The translations under genes were made by a program, and so were the position numbers. Under the pieces are notes generated by a model, which saw nothing but the letters and a program-made list of their open reading frames with translations, ran no database searches and was not told the DNA's origin. From Eledone cirrhosa (lineage: Eukaryota), in the NCBI GenBank assembly GCA_964016885.1, contig OZ024755.1, positions 36,022,001 through 36,086,000 of the forward strand: DNA of 64,000 nucleotides, in the 5' to 3' direction. Position 1 is the first letter of the stretch. Every line of letters starts with the position of its first letter. Positions 53,455 through 64,000 of this stretch are shown piece by piece.

Positions 53455-54312
53455 CTGCCCACACCACCCAGTCCACCCTGTAAAGTTATGTTGGTATGAT
53501 GACAAAAGCACCCAGTCCACACTGTAAAGTGGTCATGCAGGTGTCACGACAATAAAGCACCCAGTCAATACTGTAAAGTGGTTGTGTAGGTATCACGACA
53601 AAAAGCACCCAGTCAACACTGTAAAGCGGTAGTGAAGGTGACATGACAAAAAGCACCCAGTCCACACTGTAAAGTGGTCATGTTGGTATCATGACAAAAA
53701 GCACCCAGTCCACACTGTAAAGTGGTCATGTAGGTGTCACAACAAAAAGCACCCAACACACATTGTAAAGTAGACATGTAGGTGTTACGACAAAAAGCAC
53801 CCAGCATACACTGTAAAGTGGTCATGTAGGTGTCACGGCAAAAAGCACCCAGACACACTGTAAAGTGGTCATGTAGGTGTCACGGCAAAAAGCACCCAGT
53901 CCACACTGTGAAGTGGTCTTGTTGGTATCATGACAAAAAGCACCCAGTCCACACTGTAAAGTGGTCATGTAGGTGTCACGGCAAAAAGCACCCAGTCCAC
54001 ACTGTAAAGTGGTCATGTAGGTGTCACGGCAAAAAGCACCCAGTCCACACTGTAAAGTGGTCATGTAGGTGTCATGACAAAAAGCACCCAGTCCACACTG
54101 TAAAGTGGTCATGTAGGTGTCACGGCAAAAAGCACCCAGCCCACAGTGTGAATATGGTTGGCATTATGAAGGGCATCCAGCTGTAGAAATCCAGAAACTG
54201 TCCCATATGAGCAAGACATGGTCACCCGTCCCAACTTGCCTCAAATGGGACAACCCGTCTAACCCATGCTAGCATGGAAAATAGGCATTAGATGATGATG
54301 ATGATGATGATT
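53455..54312 (+). mobile_element. RTE-type 3' UTR with a 48-bp tandem array (~14 copies)
   Basis: Unit CACCCAGTCCACACTGTAAAGTGGTCATGTAGGTGTCACGGCAAAAAG; ends with the GAAGGGCATCCAGCTGTAG...(ATG)n tail. Confidence 0.75.
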
Positions 54313-54424
54313 TATCAGCTTTCAGATCTTTGATTTTTAATCAATCATACAATTTTCATTTGTGCTTTATCATTTTATATATTCTGTTGATCCTAAAGAG
54401 TCACTAAATATTATTTTTGATTCT

Positions 54425-54605
54425 CAGTATCAGTAGAGCATCAGATGCCATGCTTTGCAGTATAGAGTTACAGCCCTTTACGGTCCGAGTTCAAATCCCA
54501 CCGAGATTAACTTTGCCTTTCATCGTTACGGGGTCGATAAAATACAGTACCAGTAATGCACTCAGGTAATTGCTGGCCTTGTGCCAAAAGCAGAAACAAT
54601 TATCT
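54425..54605 (+). mobile_element. SINE family B copy
   Basis: GAGTTCAAATCC...TTAACTTTGCCTTTCATC. Confidence 0.75.
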
Positions 54606-55479
54606 TTGATTCTCTTTCAAATAACATTAGCACAATAAGGTTTAAAATGAATGCTGTGTTGCTCAAGCGAAGATTAGTCTTGAAATATGAGAAAAAAATG
54701 TGTAAATGTCATAATATCTTTCTTAAATGTTATATACCCCTCACATTCTTAAACAAAAGAAAGCTATTTACAATTCAGAAAATGTTTTCTTTTCCTTATT
54801 GCATGCTTGGTTTAAGAATGTTACATGGGCAATTTCTTTCTTCAGAAAATATATTCCAAGTAGTAATCCTGGAACCAACATATCTAATACTGATATTATT
54901 TGACATTATTTTAGTGTAAATATTAACTCTACCTTTTATAGATATTCTGTTTCAATTTTAATCCTTATTTTAGCTAAACATCTTTCTAATCAGAAAATGT
55001 TCCTAGAGATTATGTTTTGCTACAGCTATTCAAATCTTTCTTCTTTATTTAAAAGATATTTACAATCTAATACTTCAGATGCTGAAGCATTAATTACTTC
55101 TTATTGTTGCTCATCAATTTTGTAATACCTGGGGAAACTAGAATTCTTTCTCATTCTAATATACTGATCTATTGCATTAGTAAGGATTATCCAGAACATT
55201 CACTTCTCGTCAACTACAGTATCTAGTTTTCCTTTATCATGTGGTTGAATTTCATGTTGATATTCCAAAGAATTTTGATGTCTTTAGATCCAGTAATTCT
55301 AGTATATTGGTGTTCATAATCTTCCCCTACCCATTATTTAACAAGTTATATTTTTCTGTATAATTCCTGAGCAACAACCTTTGCAACATCATTATTATCC
55401 TTGTCATTTTATTACCTTCATAATTGACAAAATCTCTTGTGATGCTAAACTGTGCCAGTTACAGACTGCACAACAACAT

Positions 55480-55990
55480 GTGATATCTCTCTCCACAAAG
55501 TTTGATCACCACCAGCAGAGTTTAAAGAGCAAAGATCAAGTCCAGTCCATAAGTTGACATTGTCAAGCCATCGTTTGGCTGCCAGCCTCTGCTTCTCTTA
55601 CCAGCCAACCTTCCTTCCAGGCATAACCTACTCACACCACGAGTTGATCTTTTTATATGACTGTATAGTTTGAGTACTCTTGACTTGACAATTGATGTAA
55701 TTGGTCTAAGTTTGGTAATGTTGAGCAGCTCACTGATACAGATACGGTCACTGAGCCGCTTGCCAGTCATAAGTCTCATGATGTGGTTCTGGAATGTAGA
55801 GAGCTTCTGAAGTGACCTTGTCATCCAATTAACACAGTCAAGACCATATAACACAACTGGTAGGATGTAAGTATCAAAGATCTTAGCCTTCAAATGATAG
55901 AAAACTCGTTTTTGATGTTAGTACTTCCTTGTTCTTGTTGAAAGCTGCCCAACCTAGAGCGAGTTGATATTGTGCAGCAACCATTCCATT
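55480..55990 (-). mobile_element. RTE-clade LINE ORF2 3' fragment
   Basis: KAKIFDTYILPVVLYGLDC...LEGRLAGKRSRG. Confidence 0.8.
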
Positions 55991-56831
55991 GTTGGATTGA
56001 CAAAGTACCTTGCAGTATTTAATTTACAGCCTTTGACATTCTGAGATCAAATCCAGCCAAAGACAACTTTGCTTTTCATGTTTTTCTGGGTTGATAAAAT
56101 AAAGCACCAGACAAGTATAGGATTGATAAGATCAACACTATAACTCTCCCTGAAATCTGAGGCCTAGTGCTTATATAAAAGACTAATATTACCAGCCTTC
56201 CTTATCATTTAACTACATCATCATCACCACCACCAAACTGCCTGAAACTGCCTCTAGTTTTATCATACAAAGCTGTTTGTTTTGATGTGTATATATCGAC
56301 AGTCGATCAACTTTCGTCAAATTGGACCGAGTTAACAATGTTTTCATTGGTCTTTCCAGTTGCTAATACTATCTATCGGTCGCAACTCCAGATAGAAGGA
56401 GCAACATGAAGTAAAGTGTCTTGCCCAAGGACATAACGCATCACCCGGTCCAGGAATCAAACTCACAACCTCACGATTGCAAATCTGATTCTCTCATCAC
56501 TCATCCACATGTCTGTGTATATATTATATATAATTATATATATACATGTGTATATATAATTATCTAAAAACCTAACATAATTTTATGTAAGGTCCTTTGT
56601 TAAATTAGGTTCGAAACAACAACTTAATATTGAATAAGTTAATTATATCACAAGCTCCTTCCAAATTTTTGATTATTTCAAATAGCATTCAGATAGTGCC
56701 TGTCATTAGAAATATAGTAGCTGAGGGATTAAAGTAGGAGCCCCAAAAGTGTTTTTGCCCTCGAGTGCTGATTGCCCTTGCTATGCCTCTGAAGTCACAA
56801 TTATCAGTAATATAAAGATTATGGAAATCTC

Positions 56832-57257
56832 TTAACCCTTTAGCATTTACATTACTCTATATTTACTATTTTATTTTCATAATTATCTCACATAATATCA
56901 AGTCCATAAGATTTTGATATTATTTATTTTGAGAACAATACCTTAATGTCGGTATGAGCAGCCAGTTACAGCTGGTTTGAACAGAAAGAGGTGAGAGAAT
57001 TCTGGCCAGATAGTCAGTTTAACCCTTTAGCATTTACATCCCTCTATATTTACAGTTGTATTTTCATGTTAAACACTTTAGTTCACATAATTATCTCACA
57101 TAATATTGAATCTACGAGATTTTGATATTATTTGTTTTGAGAACAAAACCTTAACATCATTATGAGCAGCAAGTTGCAGCCGGTTATTGCCAGTTTGAAC
57201 AGAAAGAGCTGAGAGAATTCCAGCTGGATACGGCTGGTTTAAATGCTAAAGGGTTAC
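56832..57257 (-). mobile_element. Two adjacent piggyBac-like MITE copies
   Basis: TTAACCCTTTAGCATTTAC at 56832 and 57019; closing TIR at ~57240-57253. Confidence 0.75.
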
Positions 57258-57379
57258 AGAACAGAAAGGTATGTAAGTATTTTATAGATAGGAAGTTTTG
57301 AGGCTAATTTTTAATTGAGTTGTGGGTTGATAAAATGAATCACAATAATTGCTGGTGTCAATTCTAATAAATTTAACCA

Positions 57380-57885
57380 TATCATCATCATCATCATTTT
57401 ACATCCGCTTTTCCCTGCTTGCAAGGGTGGGATGGGTCCTCTTCAGCACAGCATCTCTCCATTCATCATGATCCTTCGTCATCTCCTCCGTGAGCTTCAG
57501 CGATCTGAGGTCTGCTCTCACCTGATTTTTGTGGTCTTCCTCTACTGCGTCTTCCTTCTACTGGGATTTCTTGGCACTTCTTTACCCAGCGGTCATCTTC
57601 CATGAGCATCACATGTCCATACCAACGCAGTCATCTTCCATACATACCACATGTCCATACCAACGCAGTCTTCTCTCCCACACACTACAGTTTGCCCCTC
57701 TTATACACAGTTTCTCTCTCAACACATCCATGCTTGGTTGTTCATGCACATTCATATTTCACATCCAACGGAGCATGCTTGCTTCATTTCTCTTCAGCCG
57801 TCACATATCCTCCACAGTTTCTGCCCATGTCTCACAACCATGCAGCATCGCGCATCTCACACAGGCATCATATAACTGGCCTTGT
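57380..57885 (-). mobile_element. RTE LINE ORF2 3' fragment
   Basis: Reverse complement of the 42190-42672 family. Confidence 0.85.
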
Positions 57886-58431
57886 AAAATTTCTGAAATC
57901 AAATTAAATCCTTGTTGGGTAAACAGTATTCATCATCATCACTGTTTAACACCCATCTTTCCACACTATCCTTGTTAATCTTTTTGTTGTTATTTTCGAA
58001 AGGAAAAACACTAACTATCAATTTCAAATCATTTTGAAATGAATCAAGAATTTGAAGTGAATTAGTAAAATAACGAACTCTCTCATTAGCAATCTGGAAT
58101 TTTGAACATAAACAATTTAAAATAAACAGTTTTGTATCATAAACTAAGTGTGGTTTCAAGCAGTTTCTATCAAAAGGGTTAAAGATGTCGACAGAAAGAC
58201 TATTAAATTGGATACTTTACAGTATTTACGCATGTGCTATTTGATTATGAATTCAAATTGCTCCAGGTTTGGCCAACTCTCCCTTTTTATCCTTCTAATG
58301 TTAAACATACAGGTACAAATGACATTTTCCTTTTCTGCAGCATTTGGCCTTGAGCTTAATCAAATGAAATCAATAATATCATTATCAGTATTAACCTTAA
58401 CAATTACTTCTTAACTCCCAATTTGAACTTA

Positions 58432-58682
58432 TTAACTCTTTTGTTATCATTTTTCTAAGGCAATTCACTGCCTATGTGCTTCAATTAATTTTGAAAATAA
58501 TCAAAACTTGGAGGGATTTAATAAAATAACTAACATTTTTACATTATTAAGCTGCTGCTTGGAACAAAACAAAATAATTTTTACATAAAATTATAATGGC
58601 AGATTTTAATATAATTTTGAAATTTTGAACACTTCACAGAAACGGAAGCAGTTTCAAGCAACTCAACATCAAAAGGGTTAAA
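58432..58682 (+). mobile_element. Second, degenerate TTAA-flanked MITE family
   Basis: TTAACTCTTTTGTTA...TCAAAAGGGTTAA; similar ends near 53160 and 58180. Confidence 0.45.
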
Positions 58683-60314
58683 TCAAGTTTTTTACATGAC
58701 ATAGCAGCATTTGTAACAACTAACCCAAAAGTAAAAGGATGCTGGTTTTGATCTTGTGATTGGTTTCAGTCCTGAAATATATCTTCCTACCCAAAAGTTA
58801 AAAAAATGCTGGTTTTGTACAACTCAGTTTTGCCAGTTGAGTAAACTGGAACAATATGAAATAAAGTATCTTGTTCAAGGATGCAAATCACTGCTGGGAA
58901 TTGAACTCGCGACCATATATTTGTGAGCCAGTCACTTTAACCATTAAGCCAAATACCTACACTCATCTATGTATAGCTATATACAGAATATAGTCTCATC
59001 TGTTTATAGAATATGAATGTTATGTATGCCCACACACATCTACACACAGTATTAAAGATAAAAGACACATACTTAGATAAAACAGATATACAAAGAGATA
59101 TACATAAGTTGAAAGAGAGAGAGAGGGAGAGAAAAAAAAAAATTTATGAATACAATCTAAGAAACAACAGATTAAACATTCTACTAAGATAGAAAATGTT
59201 ACATGGAGTACATTGCTGCTGTGAGTAATAAAGTGTAGGAGGAGGGCGAGGAATAAACCATAAATATATGAAAAGTTGTCGGAAGAACAATTTGGGAGAA
59301 GTATCACATATAAAACTCATCACAGGATATTAGATGCCAGCTACTTATATTTCCAAAATATAAAGAGCTATTCTCCTCATCATTACCATAGCCACGAGCC
59401 CAACTGTAAGGTGAGACTGATGGTGATGGTTAGGTGTGGGTGGCAGCAGACATACATAAAAGCTAAGAATCAGAAGTTACACAGTGCTTATTAAATTGGT
59501 TCCCGTCTGATCAGTGATATGTATATTGCATGAAATGTTGCTTAAATGTAGTAGCACTAATGATTTTCAAAGAAGTTCATTGAAAATATACTTAGATGGG
59601 TTGATGGTCGGGGAGATAAGAAAAAAAAAAATGTATTGTCTAAACTGTAGCCTCACTAATTCTGTCTCCCTACCAGACAATGTAGATTAATAGCTCCTAG
59701 TTGTCTGCCTTCCAAGATATACAATGGCACAACACAAAGTGTGGCCACATTACAGAAATGTTCAGATGTCTGCCAGTCAGAATTCCCTTTTACTATACCC
59801 AGTGAAAAAGTTCAAGGCGCAACAACACAGCTGGCACCAGATTGTCTAGAAAGCAAACAGCATTAAGTACATGTATGCACGTACTTAAAATGCGCATGCA
59901 TGTGTACGTATGTGTCCATACAAACAAGAAGACATAGTCATGCATGCGTGTATATACACATATGTGCACAACTTTAAACAGTTTCACATCAGTTGTTTCA
60001 CACAAAGGCAGGTAAAATGATTCTTTGCCTGAATTGATGGTGTAATGGTTTTACGGTTGAATGCTCTTCCTAATGCTAACTTTGACAAGTTTTAAACTCA
60101 TGACCTCTGGGTCAATATTCCTGATCACTGTGTGGGTGTGCATATATGTGCATGTGTTTGATAGAGAGAGGGGGGAGAGAAGGGGATGGAGGGGGAGAGG
60201 GCAGAGAGGGGGAAGAGAGGGAGGGGAGAACATGAGTCATTAAGAGAGTTATATGCAAAGATGTTAGAGTGGATACGAACAGGAAAAAAGAGTAAAACAG
60301 ACCCCCCCCCCCCA

Positions 60315-60591
60315 CATATATATATATACACACACATATATTTATGTGTGTGTATATATACACACACACACATATATATATATACACATACACACATATA
60401 TATATATACACATACACACATATATATATACACATACACACATATTATATATATATACATATATATATATGTACACATATATATATATAGATATGAATGT
60501 ATATATATACATATATGTATATATATATATACATATGTATGGATATATATATATATACATACATGTATATATATATGTGTATATATATATA

Positions 60592-60624
<33 letters not shown>

Positions 60625-60739
60625 TGTGCTGAATAAGACCCGTCCCACCCTTGCAAGCAGGGAAAAGCGGACGTAAAATGATGATGATGATGATATACAT
60701 ATGTATGGATATATATATATATACATACATGTATATATA

Positions 60740-60789
<50 letters not shown>

Positions 60790-60833
60790 CATTTTATAAT
60801 TTTATGGCCGCTTTTCTCTGCTTGCAAAGGTAC

Positions 60834-60885
<52 letters not shown>

Positions 60886-60910
60886 AAATATATATATATA
60901 TATATACGTA
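60315..60910. repeat. (TA)/(CA) microsatellite with short LINE tails
   Basis: Tail fragments at 60623-60693 (+) and 60785-60830 (-). Confidence 0.85.
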
Positions 60911-61287
60911 TAGAGAGAGCGGCTATGAATGACAGAGAGAGATAGGCGACAAAATGAAGAGATACAGATAGAGAGAAGGGGAGAGAGAGAGAGAGAATTA
61001 TATATACTGAGAGAGAGGGAAATGAGAGAGATATATAGAGAGAGAAATGAAGAGAGAAAAATGAAGAGAGACAAAGGGAATAAAGAAGAAAGTAGTAAAG
61101 TGAAAACTGTAGATATTTAATCATGAAATGTAAGATATTATTTATTGGGAGAGAGAATAATGCTAAGTAATTTAAACTTCTCGGTGTTCATCTATGCATT
61201 AGTCACATATTTGAAATCTCTTTAAATTATCCAAATTTTTCAAAGCTTACCTTTCTATTCAGCTCTCTCTCTATATATATATATATT

Positions 61288-61770
61288 ACACCTCACCAAG
61301 ACAATGTCACTGGACCGAGACCTTTGGCGGTACTCAGTAATAGAGAAGACCCGCCTTACCTAAATACAAAGTAAAACCTACTACAGTCAGTAGGCATCTC
61401 TAACAAAATACACCCCCGTCCCACCACCCCCACCCCATCCACACCGCCCCTTTCAATGTAAAGTTATGTTGGTGCCACAACATCCAGGCCGAAACAAATG
61501 AGATCGTGTAGGTGTCACGACAAAAAAACACACAGTTCACGCTGTAAATGTGGCCGTGTAAGCAACACAGTAAAAACCTCCCAGCCCCACACTGTAAATG
61601 TGGTTGGTGTTAGGAAGGGCATCCAGCTGTAGAAAACCCGCCAGATAGTCCTATGCAAGCAAGACAATCACTCTTGCCTCAAGTGGGAAAACCCCCGTCC
61701 AAACCCATGCAAGCGTGGAACACGGACGTTAAACGTTGATGATGATGATGATGATGATGATAATGATGAT
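61288..61770 (+). mobile_element. RTE LINE 3' end: ORF2 terminus plus 3' UTR
   Basis: HLTKTMSLDRDLWRYSVIEKTRLT-stop, then the UTR and an (ATG)n tail. Confidence 0.8.
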
Positions 61771-61797
61771 ATACATATATATATATATATATATATA

Positions 61798-62164
61798 TCA
61801 TCATCATCATTTTACGTCCACTTTTTCCCTGCTTGCAAGGGTGGGACGGGAACTGATTCTGGCTTGATTTCTACACCTGGATGCCTTTCCTAACCCCAAC
61901 CTCATTTACAGTGAGTGCTGGTGCCTACACGTCCACTTTACAGTGTGGGCTGGGTGCTTTTTTGCCGTGGCATCTCCACAACCACTTTGCAGTGGAATGA
62001 TAGGGACCCCAGTCCCTATCATCTCATTTCTACAGCTGAGTAAAGTGGAGCAATGTGAAATAAAATGTCTTGCTCAAGGAAACAACACATCACCCGGTCC
62101 GAGAATTGAACTCACAACCTTTCAATTGCAAGGCCAATGCTCTGACCACTAAGCCATGTGCCTC
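61798..62164 (-). mobile_element. SINE family A copy
   Basis: Reverse complement of 8855-9190. Confidence 0.85.
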
Positions 62165-62189
62165 TATATATATAGTTTTAATATAGAAG

Positions 62190-62240
62190 AGCTTCTACAG
62201 GACTAGAACCGTTTCATTCGTGAGAAATCACCAGGAAGCT
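62190..62240 (-). ncRNA. Degenerate type I hammerhead candidate
   Basis: AGCUUC CUGGUGA u UUC ucac GAA u GAAA CGG..CUG UA GAAGCU; one core mismatch (A6G). Confidence 0.5.
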
Positions 62241-62596
62241 GGTTGTCCAAGTAAATGGTAGTATTTATATCTTTCCTTATCTGGTGGTAGGAGAGGGTGG
62301 GGATTGGGATGGGTGTAGGTCATTGGTTGAAGGATTTAAAGAAAAGGGGGTTCACTAAAAGCTAATTCTTTAAAGCTATAAAATTAACAAAGGCAGAAAG
62401 AATACAGTAAGCAAGTTCAAAATTGGAATACCAATCCTTGTTTATCACTTAGACTAACAATGGCTGTAAGACAGGTGTCTACAGGATGGGTGGGGTTCAA
62501 TGTAGTAGCTCTTCTATATTAAAACTTTTATACTATGCTATGTATTGAGTACCTTACTTACTGCGGTTACCTCCGATTCAACCCGGAATAACATAT

Positions 62597-62660
<64 letters not shown>

Positions 62661-62665
62661 ATATA

Positions 62666-62739
<74 letters not shown>

Positions 62740-62769
62740 CATATCTATCTAGGGCAGGTAAAATTCCCG

Positions 62770-63440
62770 AGATCCTTAGGGCATCAACATACGTTAACCT
62801 TGGTCTTCCTCTTTCAGTGTGTTCATGCAGGGGCTCCCACAGTGTCAACTCTGGATGCCAGTGAGCATGTCCAGCTAACCTCAGTCTCCTCTGTGTCACT
62901 TTTGAGCTGACTTTTGGGAGGCTCCCATACAGCTCTGAGTTTTTCATCCTCAGTGTATACTGATTAATGTTCAGAGCCATCCTTAGCATTCTCATGTAGC
63001 ACCCATCCACCATCTGAGTGAGCTTCTTGGTCAGTGTCCAAGTCTCAGACCCGTACAGCAGCACAGACTCCACTACAGCAAGGAAGAGGCGGATCTTCAG
63101 GTCTTCACGAAGGTCCGACTTCCACAGCGATCTCAAACTGTGGCACGCCGCCCAGGCTTTGCTCTTCCTCTCAACCACATCATCTTCCGTATTCCCAATC
63201 TTTGCTCCCAAATACAGGAAGTCCTCAACTAATTCCAGCGGCTTCCCTTCTACACTAGTGATCCCTTCTGGCTTCTCAATATTCTCTACCAGATATTTTG
63301 TTTTAGTCTCATTCATTCCCAGCCCCACACTCATCGACACAGTCTCAACCTCCCGCATCAAATCCTCTGCCTCCTTCACTGTATTTGTCACCAAATCTAT
63401 GTTGTCGGCAAATTCAGCATCCGATATCTTTTTCGCCTTA
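62770..63440 (-). mobile_element. RTE-clade LINE reverse transcriptase fragment
   Basis: EFADNIDL (FADD-like), [38 protein letters not shown]. Confidence 0.9.
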
Positions 63441-63443
63441 ACT

Positions 63444-64000
63444 TGTGGTGGTGGACATTAGGTGGAGTGAATCAGTGGTGGTGGGCATTAGGTGGAGTGA
63501 ATCAGTGGTGGTGGGCATTAGGTGGAGTGAATTAGTGGTGGTGGGCATTAGGTGGAGTGAATTAGTGGTGGTGTGGTGGACATTAGGTGGAGTGAATCAG
63601 TGGTGGTGGACATTAGGTGGAGTGAATCAGTGGTGGTGGGCATTAGGTGGAGTGAATTAGTGGTGGTGGGCATTAGGTGGAGTGAATTAGTGGTGGCGTG
63701 GTGGACATTAGGTGGAGTGAATCAGTGGTGGTGGACATTAGGTAGAGTGAATCAGTGGTGGTGTGGTGGACATTAGGTGGAGTGAATCAGTGGTGGTGGA
63801 CATTAGGTGGAGTGAATCAGTGGTGGTGGACATTAGGTGGAGTGAATCAGTGGTGGTGGACATTAGGTGGAGTGAATCAGTGGTGGTGTGGTGGACATTA
63901 GGTGGAGTGGATCAGTGGTGGTGGACATTAGGTGGAGTGAATCAGTGGTGGTGGACATTAGGTGGAGTGAATCAGTGGTGGTGTGGTGGACATTAGGTGG
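63444..64000 (+). repeat. 30-bp minisatellite running off the window end
   Basis: Unit GGACATTAGGTGGAGTGAATCAGTGGTGGT. Confidence 0.95.

Noticed and set aside
63444-64000. Telomere-like TTAGG within the 30-bp and 37-bp repeats
   Set aside because: Only one motif per unit, not a tandem telomeric array

Overview
Repeat-saturated, AT-rich eukaryotic DNA with no intact protein-coding gene that I can support. The tRNA/CORE SINEs, RTE LINE remnants with (ATG)n tails and dense microsatellites look like a cephalopod (octopus-like) genome; this is inference. The window holds many micro- and minisatellites, two or three SINE families, RTE LINE fragments, piggyBac-like and hAT-like MITEs, a deleted DD37D (maT) mariner, a fragmented Helitron helicase and Lep1-like Helitron ends. 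The standout is a 4.3-kb array of a near-identical 310-bp unit (46061-50335). Each unit carries a type I hammerhead ribozyme motif (CUGAUGA..GAAA-CGCG-UA with a long stem I), and the array flips orientation in the middle into a 1.68-kb-arm palindrome. This is a retrozyme/Penelope-like architecture. At least four further hammerhead-like motifs of different sequence occur elsewhere in the window, mostly in foldbacks next to (TA)n. All ribozyme calls were made by manual base-pairing and are untested. Nearly all long ORFs in the track are artefacts of repeats.
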